A stretch of DNA of 64,000 bases from Podarcis muralis (lineage: Eukaryota). Numbering within the stretch: position 1 is the stretch's first letter; each line of letters begins with the position of its first letter. The stretch covers positions 44,826,001 to 44,890,000 of the forward strand of contig NC_135661.1 of the NCBI RefSeq assembly GCF_964188315.1, in the 5' to 3' direction. The notes beneath the pieces were generated by a model that was not told the origin of the DNA, searched no databases, and was given only the letters and a program-made list of their open reading frames with translations. The position numbers were made by a program, and so were the translations under genes. This document shows positions 46,746 through 58,562 of the stretch, piece after piece.

Positions 46746-47399
46746 ATTAATCAATTTATTTTTTGCATGGTGCTGGAGCATTTCACAATTGGAGCGGGGG
46801 GGGGATCCTGTTCTCTTGTTGCTACCTGCTAAACATCTTTTGGAGAGGCAGACAGTGAATGGTCTCACATCTCAGGATCTCGATTGGTTTGAATGTGGAA
46901 AGGTTGCGAGCTGTAATGTTTTATCTCCGTTGCAAATATATAATAAAGCAAACAAGCAAATATAAGTAATTTTAATGTGAATTGTCGTATACAGCAAGAA
47001 TAAATGTTTGAATAGACTATAAATGCCAGCCATTTTTAAACAGAGCCCATACAGACTCAAGTGTGTGTAATAGTACAGTATGCCAAAACCTATTTAAGAA
47101 ATGCTTTGTGTGTGCGTGCTTTTGTCTGTATGTATGTGTAGAGCACTTCCATCTGTGCAAGCAACAGATTTCTGGTTTTTTCCCCTTTTGTACATGATTT
47201 GATCAGCCAGGCCCAACCATATACAGCACAAGGGGCAGCTCACAACCTTGGATCTCTTTAACCAGTTTCAATCCCTGGAGGACAAACCTGCCCCGCTTTT
47301 CAGCACTGGAAGCGGTAGAGAGCTCAGCTCCCACCTATGTGGAAGCTGGTGGAGGATTTGCTCCAAGAGGGTGGGGGAGTTTGCAGGTAGTTGAACTAC

Positions 47400-49150
47400 A
47401 GAGGCACGAAGGCAATTCTCAACTCTTCTTCCGGCAACGGCTTCGCTTTCGGCTAGACACAGGCAGCTGCCCGCTCCGGGTTCAGAGACCCCAAAGGCGA
47501 AACACGAGCGCCGCCCGACCCGTGGCCCAGACAGCCAGTTTCGATGTGCTACAGGCCCCAAGGAGGAGCCATTCCCGGCCAGCGGCAGGAGCAAGAGCCG
47601 GAAGGGAAGGCTGGGCAGAGGCCAAGCCCGCCAGCCGCGGACCAGGAAGCGCCGTTCCTTCGCTCGCGCCTCCCGCCACCGGCTGGCCGAAGGAAGCTTC
47701 AGGCGGCGGCCCCTCCGGGCCTCTCTCGCCTTTCCCGGGGCCCTTTCCTGCCACGGCCCGTTCCTCGGGCGAAAGGCGACCGGGAAGGCGGGGGAGGCTT
47801 GTGAGGGCGGCGGGAACCAGGACCTCGAGTCGTCCAAGGAGGGCAACGGCCCCGCTCCCCGGAAAACGCAGAGCCGAGCGAAGGCGGTCAGCCGGGACGG
47901 CCTTACCCGGGGGCGGGAGGGGGAGTCTTTTTGTCTCCGTCTGTCCCGGCAGGCAGCGAAGGTGGCGTCGGCGGCGTCACGGGTCCAGCCTCAGCTGGGC
48001 AGGCGGAGGGATACGTCTCTTCTCTGCTTTTCAGGAGGAGGTGGTGCGCGACAGCGACAGTAGCAAAAGCAATAGTCGTAGTTCTTAGCAGCGTCCGGCC
48101 CTCTGTCTGCGACGCGGCTTCTCCAAGACACAGTGCAGCGACGCACGGGGCGCTTTGTGTTTGTACGGAACTACTTTACGGGCGGAGGGATCTCTCGCCG
48201 GAGAAAGAGGGACCTCAATAAAAGTCGTACTTCCTAAAGCGAGCGTTACCTTCATTGAGGTCCCTCCATAGCCCTCAACCGCGGCTGGAGAGTTCCGACC
48301 TCGTCGGGTACGACGTCGGAGAAGGAGGAGGAAGAGGCGGCGGCCCCGCCCACTGCCCCCCTCCCTCCGAGCTGCTTCCCATCCCCGGGGGCGTCGCGCG
48401 GCAGACTGGAGCCCTCCTGCTGTAGGGGCGCTCGCGTGAATGGCCGGGCACCTTGCAGGGCATGGCGGGGGCGTCAATCGGGTCCCCCTGCTCGTGGCTT
48501 GAAAAGAGGCGGGGACGGCGGTAGCCCCGCCACTAGCACCGCGGCGCCGCCGCTCCGACAAGAGGAGAAGCGGCTCCGTGGAAGGAGGCGACTCGGGGCA
48601 AGGGAGGCGGGTTGCAGCAGCAGCAGCAGTTGCTCCTGCTCCTCCTCCTCGGTAGCTGGGCCCGTTGGAGAGCGCCGAAAGACACAACTCTGGCCCTGCT
48701 GGCTGGTCTGGGTGCGTGAAGCCCCCGGAGGCGCCGGCCTGATGGCTGCGGGACCCCCTCCCGGCTGAGCGCCTGCGCCGGCCTCGGGATCGGCGCCCCT
48801 GCTGCCAGGCAGGAGGCGCGCTCCGCTCGGAGGGGAGGGCAGGGCTCCAGCGCAGCGCGCCCCCGTCCGCCTGTCTGTCCGTCGGTCCCGCCGTGCACGA
48901 GCCGGGCGCTCCCGCCGTGCCGCCATCTTCCTCTGTCTGTCTGTCTGCCAGCCCGGGCGGCCCTTTGTCCTCCTGCAGCGCTGCTGGGCGAGTCCAGGCC
49001 GGGCGACGGAGTCAGGTAAGGGCCGAGGCGGCGGCAGCCTCCTTTCGAGCGCGGGGTGGGGGCTGATCTCTAAACGCCCCCCGCTCGCCTACCCTGGTCA
49101 TCCCCCGCATGGTGACAGGGCTCTTCTTTCCGCAGGTGCGCCCCCCCTGG
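47400..49150. promoter_or_regulatory. CpG island, divergent IST1/ZNF821 promoter
   Basis: Very high GC/CpG; candidate IST1 first-exon donor on - at 47907/47906 (CCGG|GTAAGG); ZNF821 first-exon donor CAG|GTAAGG at 49015; YY1-type GCCGCCATCTT at 48919-48929. Confidence 0.85.
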
Positions 49151-49160
49151 GGGGGGAACC

Positions 49161-52100
49161 ATGTCCCGTCGGAAACAGACCACCCCCAATAAAGTCCACT
49201 GTGAGTAATAAGGGGAGGGGGGCTGTTGTCACTTCCACCTTCACCCCCTTCCCCCGCTCAAGCGAGGCATCCTCATCCGCAAAATGATGGGGGGGGGACA
49301 GCCCTCCCCTCCACTATTTGCTGCATTCTTCTCCCATAGCCCTGGTGGGGGCTCCCTGCCCAGCATCGAGGATTTGTTGGCTGAGCTGAGACATGTCCAC
49401 GTACCACCTCTTGGAGCCTAAGGGCTCCTTAGGTACTCTGGGGGCTCAGAACCCCTCTCCGCCATTCTAGTGGCATTCTGTCTCTCATTGGGCCACCTTA
49501 CCCACTGATGTTTCTTCTGCAAATGAACAGCTTTTCAGCACTAGTTGGGAATGGTTGGCTAGTCTCCCTTGCACAGTGAGGAACAGGGGACTTCCAGGCA
49601 CCATGATAGCTTTAGGATCAGAATTGAAATAGCAGAGGCCCAGGAAAGAGTCTGGCAATTTCAGGCAAGCACTGCCCACTTTGCACAACTTAAGAGAAAT
49701 CAAGGAGGAACTAAAGCAGATAACTAAACCTGGACTACAAAATCCACAGAAGAAGTCTCCCACCACAAATTTGGCTTGCAAAAGTAGATAAGTAGGTTTG
49801 CTATTGCCTATACTAAAGCATCTTTTACACATATGTAACAGCTTTACCCCTGGAGGAGAACCTGTATGGCAGGACAAGCTCTTCCAAAATATGGGCCCCG
49901 GGGGTGGGAGAGGACATGCAAATTCTAGGGTGGAGCCAGGGCAGGCAAGAGCCCTCCCTGTGTGCTTAATGCTGCTGAAGACATTTGTATTTCCAGGTCA
50001 TGTTGGAAAGGATGCGAAGGGACGGATTGGTCAGGCCACCGTTGCTTTGCAGGAAGGGTTTGGGGAAAGCTGTTTTGGGGAATGGAGCCCAGGCATTAGT
50101 CCCATTCTGGGCCATCTTCAGGTAGGGGAGACCATCACTGGGCATCTGAGGAGGGGGCAAGGAATGACTGGGCTTGGGAAGGGCAATGGGCTAATGCGGC
50201 TTCTTCCTCCCCCATTGTACTTCCAGGGGAGCAAGTCTTTGCTGGGTTAGAAGAGCACACACGTCAGGCCATGATGCGAAGAGACTTCCCTGGGCTGCTT
50301 GGAGCCCAGTCACCACTCATGCAGCAGCTGCCACTTCCGCCACAAGAAAAGGACTCCAGCAGCAGCAGTAGCAGCAGCAGCAACAGTGAGTTTCCCCATC
50401 TTGTACATGAGGGCAGCTCTGGGACACCTGGGAGAGACCAAACACCTGCATGCTGCTTTGGAATCCTGTCAGCTGGTCTGTGGCAGAGGCCTAAAACTGT
50501 TCTGTATTCCAGGTGATAGCGAGGGGGATGAGACAACACAAGATGAGGTCTCCTCCCATGCTTCGGAGGAGGACGGAGCATCAGCGACAGTGAAAAAGGA
50601 ACTGGAACTTACTGAGCAGCTGGGCTGCAGCAAGCAGGTCGCTCGAGGCCATGAGGCAAGTGCATCACATTGGCCGTAGTCAACACATACTAAAGCAAAA
50701 GTGCAACACTGCTGTGGTTACTCGGTGGAAGGGAGAATAGCAATAGCAGACTCTTGGATGGCCCTAGCATGGAGAAAGAGGACTGTATAGCCCACTCTGG
50801 GATTCCTGGGCCTGGTCCATTGGTGTGTCCAAGTGATCACTACAGCAGGCTCAAGTGATTGGGTCTGGACTTTTTGGCATTAGAGTTCCCTAATAGTAAT
50901 GGGGGCAAGGGGAGTGATAGAGCTGTTGTCATCTCATTCTGGGCTTCCCAGAAGAGGCATTTGGTTGGCTGCTGTGTGTTAGAAATACAATACACAACTA
51001 GGTAGACCCTCAATCTGATTGCGCAGGGCTAATCTTACGTTGTAGAGAATCTGTCAACATGGTCTTAAAGGGTCTGATGCAGCATTAGTTGGGGGGGGAG
51101 GGGTATGTGTATGCGTGTGGCAGAATACCAGGCATCGGACTTGTCCTCTGCTCTTTCCTTAGCCTGCCTTTCCTTGCTTGCAGATGGGTTTAAATGCCAG
51201 CCCAGATACCCTGATGGGACTCTCCCGTTGTCCCCTCTGCCAGCTAGAGTGTGGAAGCAGGGAGCAGCTTGTCACTCACGTCTATCAGGTACTTAGAGGG
51301 GGCTTTGATGAGACCATCACGCAAGGCTAAACCATCCCTGCCCTGGCTCCCCCTTTCCTTCCAGGCTGAAATTAGTAATCCTGGACTGGGAAAGGGTGGG
51401 GATGGGGGCAGGGGCTGTTGGCATTGGATGCAATTTGAATCATCCCCCCTGGTGGGTTTGCACCACATCCCAGGGAAGGCCTTGCGGGTCTCTCTCCTTC
51501 TTTCCCTAACAGAAGAGGGAGCTCTTCCGTGGCTTGGCCTTGGCTGCCAGCCCTCATAGGGACAGCTGAGAGGGGGACAGGGCGGCGGAGCCCTTGCCTC
51601 ACAGCCCGGCCTCGTTTGCAGCATACGGCAGCTGTGGTCAGTGCCAAGAGCTACCTGTGTCCCGTCTGTGGCCGAGCACTCAGCTCCCCGGGCTCCTTGG
51701 GCAGGCACCTCCTCATCCACTCCGAGGACCAGCTGTCCAACTGTGCGGTGTGTGGGGCTCGCTTCACCAGCCATGCTACTTTCAACAGGTGAGAAGTGGG
51801 CATCTCTGAGGGTGGGACTGGGACAACGTGGCCCAGGCCGCATTTTGGAAGTCCTGGAGGGGCCCTGTTCAATGGAAGCAATGGAGGTTATACCTGGCAA
51901 TTTCTGGAGGCAGCTGGAATAGGTGACCCCAGCCAGAAGCGTTCTGCAGGCCAGCATTCATGTGGGTGGGGTGGCTTGTAAGCATGGCCAGAGGGAGGGG
52001 GAGGGTTACAGCTAAGGCAGTAGCTTGCAAGCCTACACAATGGCTTCTTAAGATCTGTGCTGAGCACCCGTCATTTCTACTCTTTGACTTTCACAGTGAG

Positions 52101-52766
52101 AAGGTGTCAGAGGTGCTGTGTGGAGATGCCCTGCCCATTCCCCTCCCTGAGGCTTCTTCTGGTGCTGAGGAAAAAGCCGGTGGTGGTGGTGCTGCTGCTG
52201 TCAGCCCCACAGTGTATCCTGCTGGCATCCTCCTGGTGTGCAACAGCTGCGTGGCCTACCGCAAGCTTCTGGAAGCTCAAGCTCCAGGGGTTCGCAAGTG
52301 GGCCTTGCGAAGGCAGAACGAGCCCCTGGAGGTGCGGCTGCAGCGCCTGGAGCGAGAGCGCACAGCTAAGAAGAGCCGTCGAGACAACGAGACGCCGGAG
52401 GAGCGGGAGGTGAGGCGCATGAGGGATCGAGAGGCCAAGCGGCTGCAGCGTATGCAGGAGACGGATGAGCAGCGTGCGCGCCGCCTGCAGCGGGACCGTG
52501 AAGCGATGCGCCTCAAGCGGGCCAACGAGACCCCTGAGAAGCGGCAGGCTCGGCTCATCCGGGAGCGTGAAGCCAAGAGGCTAAAGCGGCGGCTGGAGAA
52601 AATGGACATGATGCTGCGGGCACAGTTTGGCCAGGACCCCTCGGCCATGGCTGCATTGGCAGCCGAGATGAACTTCTTCCCACTGCCAGTGGGTGGGCTA
52701 GAGCTTGAGGGGCAGCTGCTTGGTAAAATGGCCTTTGAGGAGCCGAGTCCCAGTGCCCTGCACTGA
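49161..52766 (+). CDS. ZNF821: Zinc finger protein 821
   Basis: Exons 49161-49200, 50227-50385, 50513-50655, 51184-51288, 51622-51788, 52097-52766. MSRRKQTTPNKVHW, C2H2 fingers (CPVCGRALSSPGSLGRHLLIH), STPR repeats (NETPEEREVRRMRDREAKR). Confidence 0.97.
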
Positions 52767-52903
52767 GGAGGGTAAAAAGGAGGACCTGCTCTTGTCTGCC
52801 GAGGCCCCACTTGCTCTGCCAGTGAAGCATGGAACTGGAGTGTGACAACGGTCTGAGAGGGGCAGGGAGGGAGGAAGGGGCGGGCGCACTGGCTGTGATC
52901 AGA

Positions 52904-52909
52904 AATAAA
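52904..52909 (+). terminator. Candidate ZNF821 polyadenylation signal
   Basis: AATAAA ~140 nt after the stop codon. Confidence 0.55.
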
Positions 52910-55900
52910 TTAATTGTACATGTCCTCAGTCTGTGCCTCTTGGGCTTGGCCAATTCACTGCAGCAGCTTGAGAGGCAGCTGCTGCTTCTGCCTTGCCCAG
53001 CTTGCTTCCTTGCTGGGCAAGATCCAGCTGGAACTTTGCAGTTCTGTAGCCTGCCCCTTACTACATCACGCTGGAGCTCTTAAGTGGGGACTAGCAAAGA
53101 AGGTGGAGTCCTGAAGAGGGAGGTGTATAATACGGCTTGGAGCCTCACAAGTTACCCACAGGGGTGTATTAGGCCTAATCATAGTGGCTGCTAGACTTAG
53201 GTACAGCAGCACCAAATGGGAGGTTTGTGGAAAAATTTGACATTCTGGGGGGGATATGTGTTGGGGAGGGAGAAAGCAGCTAGATTTGAGTGCTGCTGCT
53301 CTTCTTGCCTTTGTGCGTAGAGAGATGGTGGTGGAAGGAGCACCAGTGAAAGGCAGACTTCTAAACAAAGGCTAGAGGAAGACCCTGCTGAGGGGTATAT
53401 TTATTTTCTTGGTCAGCAGCCTGTGCCGTCTCTTGCCCAACTTCCAAACTAGGTAAAAGGGAGAGACTTGGCTGCACAAGCGAGGAGAAGTTATCTCTGT
53501 CTTGTTAGCCAGGTCTGTTCTCTTCTATTAATCTTAAATCATAAAACCTATGTGCAGCCTGTTAAATTTTTTACACAACAGAACAGAGCTAATTGTGCCA
53601 GTGTGAAGATTGCTAATTGGGGCTTTAGTGACCATCGTATGAATGTAAGGAAGTTTCCTTTATGAGCTTTGGTATTTCTGCCAAAATTTTCTCCAGGAGA
53701 CAAGTAAGACACAGACACATCAAAGGAAAAGCTATTGGCTTATAATTATATAGATATATATATAGATATAGATATATGTATATATACTGTTTACATAAGT
53801 CAACAAGTTAAATGCAGTATTCATAAGAGCATTAACAATAAAAATACAATCTGTGTGTACAGAGACTTTAAATGGTAAAACAGGAAAAAGGATCTCACCC
53901 AAAATACAAATATACAGTACAAATTGATTTATTTAAAACAGGTACAAAAAAAGCACAACAAAATAGATTATCCTCCTTAGATTGGTAATGCTTCATTAAA
54001 GATCAGGTAGGAGAAAAGGGGCTGGGCACTCGGCTAGTCCTAAGGCTTCAGAGATACGATGCAGTGGGTTTTGGAGCGAAGAGGACTGGTGTTGGTTGCA
54101 GGGCTGCTACACACTCGCCCCTTGCCAGCTGCATACAGGAAGGTGACCCACCCCAACTAAGGTGCTATGCAAGGGATTGAAGGGTGGCAGGCTGACTCCG
54201 TTTGCTTTCTTCCTCAGTGCATCTTGAGATATAGCAAAGGAACTTTCTCTGCAACAAGCCACTGGGTCAGGCCATCGCTCAGTGTTTCTGGGCAGAGGTG
54301 GGACTTAATAGAAGCGGATGTTTGCTCCTGCAGGCAAGGGCTACAGAAACAGCTGGCAAGAAGGGACGGGAAACGTTTTAGCTGGAAAGGGTATCTGGTT
54401 GGTGCCCTTCTGAAAAGCAGGACCCCAGTTCATCACCCCCTGGTTTGGCACCCCACACTGAAACGTGTCTCTTTTAGCAGCCCCCATGGAATGGCCAAAT
54501 GGACACAGCTGTGCAGCTGCCAGTCCCACAGTATTGCATATTAGGGAGCCCTTCCCAAAATATTTACTAGGGCTTGGAAAGGGGTCGTGCTGTAGTGTCA
54601 CAAGAGAGAAATAGCTTATTGCTCTAGGAAGCTGGTTCTCCCAACCCTCCAGCGGCCCCAGATGGAGTAGTGCCCAAAGACACTTCCATATTTTGCAGCT
54701 CTATTCCTAACTCGGTCCTGGGCCCTAAGGGCTGTGCAGCAAGCTATCCTGAAACAGCACTGGACCAGGGTGGCAGTAGTGTTGGGCGGTCCAGATGAAC
54801 TGAGGGGAACTGACCCTCAATAGCCACGGAGGGCCAGAGTTGGTGCCAATGAAAGAGGTGGCCAATCAGGCTCTTCTGCTGTGATGCTGTGCAAGTGATC
54901 CAGCTCCCATGAAGCCCTGGGAGTAGAAGGGCACTCTGCCCTAATGGCATGAAGCAGACATCTCCTCCCTGGTGGCAGGGGAGCTGAAGGACAAAGGAGA
55001 AACCTAGGCCAGCATTTACATGGAAATGAGCGTTGGTCTAGTAAGCACACAATCCAGGGGAGCCCAAGAGCAAGTAAGGAAGGCAGAGGGTGGTTTGCGG
55101 GGAAACCTGGCTCGGAATAGTGCAAAGTGCCGGGCCTTCCAGAGGAGAACAGCAAAGTCTTCCACCTTTCATATAGAGAGGGCTTGGAGTGGATGAGGTG
55201 GCTGGTCAGACAGGAAAGCAGTTCCCGTTGTGAGCCAGGAATGCCTGTAGGCAATGGCCTAAAAGCAACAACTGTAGACAAAACATCCAAGGGAAACAAG
55301 CCAAGGCTGCCCATTTGGAGCAGTGGGAGGAGCTTCCTGGCTGCTATTCTGGAGTGGGACTTGGATGGCACTGATGCAGAGTCACGGCTATGATTCAGAG
55401 CCCTAGAGCTCACCCCTGCCGAGTTGAGGGCACCAGTGCAGGAGAGGGTACTCAGCCAGCGTCTTGAACCCAAGCAGTTCTACAGCTTTCTCGGCTCAAA
55501 AACTGTTAACCACTTGCACGTTTTATCTTCTTTCATTCTGTCTGAGTCACCAGTGCACACAGAAGAGCAATTTTCATCTTTATCAGAAGAACCTGAATAC
55601 ATTTTTCTAATATCCAAAGAAATCTTACACATGTAGTGGGGGCCATTCAAGCTGGTTACAGTGGCCAGAATGTCCCCTCTCCAAACTCTCAATAGGAAAT
55701 GCTTTAGTCACCCCAAGGAAAAGCAGGAGTGTCTGTATGTGCACTAGCATGCTCTTATATACAAACTGCCTTGCACTTTTCAAAGGAGCTGGCTGTAACT
55801 CGAGGCACCCACAACTGTGACAAGCCTTAGTCAGCCTAGGCCATTCAGACCTGGCTTAGCTGTGAACATCTAAGGCATCTGCAACAGAACTGGATGCAGC

Positions 55901-56576
55901 CTTTCTAGAAGATGGAGGTGGGGACTTAAGAGCAGGATGGAGATAGCTGAAGAAGCCAAAGCTAGAACATCCTCTCACACGTACACCTACACCATTCCCA
56001 CCTATGGGATTCGAGTTCTACCTGGCTGCAGAGCTGAGGCAACACACTGCCAGGTTTGCAATTTAACAGACTATTAACCATTTCCTTTCAATCTAACACA
56101 TGTGAGGAAATTGCATACAAATACTACCTCCCTGAGGAGAAATCCAGGCTCCCTTGACTTGGTGCCTGGAGAGGGGCTGCTGGGAGGCCCAGACAATAAT
56201 CCTTAACTTGGGACTCGAGCAGAAGAAACCTGGCAAACTCCCTCACTGCTCCCTTGCCCTGGTAAAAGCACCCTCCTGCTATGTGTGAGCAAGTGTCCAA
56301 TAAAGTGCTTGAGTGAGGTGGTGGGGGATGTTGAGCCCTTGCTCCTCTCCTCACAGAAGCAGCGCAGTCACTGCTTCCTTCAGAGTCTCCCCTTGGCTGA
56401 CCCCAATCTACCCTACCCAGGCTCAGACCTCCCCTACAGGGGGTGGAGAGAAGGAGCCTCTGTCAGTGGAATGATTCTAGGCACACAACTGGGGAAAGGG
56501 CTGAGCATCTGAGCAGTGGCCAAACTGGAAGGAACCCAGTTAAGCGTGGCACACAAGTTCACCCACCACTGGGGCT

Positions 56577-58562
56577 TCACTTCCCTGCATTTGAACGGCC
56601 CTCGATGGACAACTTGACCTCCTGGGGAATGAATGAAGGGCGGAGGAGTGGTGGCCGGGGCTCCTCCCCAGACCTTTGGAAGCTGGGGCCTGCCCAACCA
56701 TGCAGAGAAACAGGATCATGGTGGGTGGACTCCTGGGGGGAGCCCACTGCCACCCCACCCTTCTCCAATGGGTTTTTCTGCAGCTCCTGGAGACTCTCCG
56801 CACCCCGCCCAGGTCTCTCTCGGGTAGCACTCTGGGGGCTTGCCTGGGGCACAAGCCTCCCATTCAGACTCTGTAAACTGATGGAGATGCAAACATCTCC
56901 CACCTGCAGCCTGTGGCAGGAGAGTGAGAAGAGCCGATTTGTCCTCTCTGGACTGCATGAGGACCAGCCCTGTCCATACACAAAGAAAGGGTGCTCAGGG
57001 GGCACATCGATGCTCACTTTGCTCTGCTGCTCCCCCACCACAAAATGCAGTGTGACGAAACCCTGCCAGGGACTCTCTTGGATGTCCACCACAGTGCTGG
57101 AGTCAATCTTGAGGCCACCACTCACCTCTGCACTGCGCACAAAGTCCTGGGTCTGCAGGTCCTCCACCCTCTTTAGCTCTCCTGTGGCCAGCTGGATGAT
57201 GGCTCCTTTCATGAAGTGGGAGGGTAAGTGGCTCTGGGAATGGGCACATTCCGTGTCAGGTAGTCCCTCATGGGCTGTTCCCTCAGGACTTGCACCTCCC
57301 AGGCCATCCTGAGCCCCAGGAAGGAGGGACCCTGAGACTGGCCGACCATTGGCCATTGTAATGCCTTTCAGTATTTGCCGATGGCGGAGCTGCTCCTCAG
57401 GGGACTTTGCCGACAGTCTCCGAAAGTGGCTTTTCTCAGCAGTAGCAGCCACCACAAGTTCCACTGGGTTCCTCATTGACTCTGCCTTCTGCTCAGGGGG
57501 ATTACGATGGGAAAGGTTTAGAGGGCTCAAGCCATCCTTCTGCTGAGCAGAACAAACAGGGTAGTCCTGGGAAGCAAGCACTCCAACCACCCTCTGCACC
57601 TCCAGGTCTGTATCTGGGGTACTCCGCTGAGATGGCACAGAGATCTCTGTTCTCAAAATCTGACTGCTTGTCAGGAAGGTACCTTCAGTGCTGCACTCTA
57701 CCGTTGTCCTTGGCCACTGCCCTTCAGCCTCACTTTCCTTCGCCCCCACGGCAGACCTTTGCACCCCGTTTGCTGTGACTTTAGGATCTAGCTGATTCTC
57801 CTGCAGAGACTGCTCAGTGTTTGGGCCAGCAACAGAAGCTTCGAATGATGAATAGCCTGCTGGCAGACGGGACATCTGATAATAGACTGGAATTCGGCCC
57901 TGTGTAACATCCAGTGGCTGACCTCCAACATGGGGCTGCAGAGGGCCTGAAGGCAAAACTGAGGCACTGGTCTTGCCAAAGCTGTGGGCTGCCTGTGGAG
58001 AAGGAGCAGAGTCTTCAGCCAGGAGAGGTGCATAGGGCACAAAGTGTGGGATATGAGAGGCAGCAAGGCTGGCTGAAGAGGACAGAAGGTGGCTGGGCAG
58101 GAAACCAGGAGGCACAGTGGCGGCATAGGGTACAGAGTAGTGTGATCCCACAAACTGCAAGGGAGCAGGAGGAAGTTGAGTGTAATGGATAGGCGAGTAT
58201 GGGATACCAGGGTGCGGGATCAGCTGTGAGGTCATACTGAAGGCTGGAGGCAGCGGGCCGACATTCACCACGGGTGAGAAGGTGGCCGGGGGCATCGCCA
58301 CTTTGTACAATAAGCCGTACTGGTCCACGGTAAGACTGGTCACTGTGTCGGAGCTGCCACCAGCCTCGGTGTAACGTGAAGGTGCCTGGCTCGGCCTGCC
58401 TGTTGCTGAGCCCCGGGACCATTCCACAGAGGTCTCGCCGCCGCCACCGCCCACCAGACCCGACTCAGCCGCCCGCCCCGGCTCTTCGTTGTTGGCAGCC
58501 ACCGGCAGGTCGCGCTTCTTGGGGGGGAGGAATTCCTGGCCCCGCTCCTGGGCCGCTCTCAT
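56577..58562 (-). CDS. ATXN1L: Ataxin-1-like protein, single coding exon, 661 aa
   Basis: ATG at 58562 (MRAAQERGQEFLPPKKRDL); AXH domain SHFMKGAIIQLATGELKRVEDLQTQDF...FFVYGQGWSSC; C-terminus RPSFIPQEVKLSIEGRSNAGK; no polyQ; upstream acceptor near 58643 and donor near 58752. Confidence 0.97.
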   Translation of the reverse strand: MRAAQERGQEFLPPKKRDLPVAANNEEPGRAAESGLVGGGGGETSVEWSRGSATGRPSQAPSRYTEAGGSSDTVTSLTVDQYGLLYKVAMPPATFSPVVNVGPLPPAFSMTSQLIPHPGIPYSPIHYTQLPPAPLQFVGSHYSVPYAATVPPGFLPSHLLSSSASLAASHIPHFVPYAPLLAEDSAPSPQAAHSFGKTSASVLPSGPLQPHVGGQPLDVTQGRIPVYYQMSRLPAGYSSFEASVAGPNTEQSLQENQLDPKVTANGVQRSAVGAKESEAEGQWPRTTVECSTEGTFLTSSQILRTEISVPSQRSTPDTDLEVQRVVGVLASQDYPVCSAQQKDGLSPLNLSHRNPPEQKAESMRNPVELVVAATAEKSHFRRLSAKSPEEQLRHRQILKGITMANGRPVSGSLLPGAQDGLGGASPEGTAHEGLPDTECAHSQSHLPSHFMKGAIIQLATGELKRVEDLQTQDFVRSAEVSGGLKIDSSTVVDIQESPWQGFVTLHFVVGEQQSKVSIDVPPEHPFFVYGQGWSSCSPERTNRLFSLSCHRLQVGDVCISISLQSLNGRLVPQASPQSATRERPGRGAESLQELQKNPLEKGGVAVGSPQESTHHDPVSLHGWAGPSFQRSGEEPRPPLLRPSFIPQEVKLSIEGRSNAGK

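Noticed and set aside
47268-48926. Many long overlapping ORFs in the IST1/ZNF821 CpG island
   Set aside because: Stop-codon depletion from high GC; no recognisable domains.
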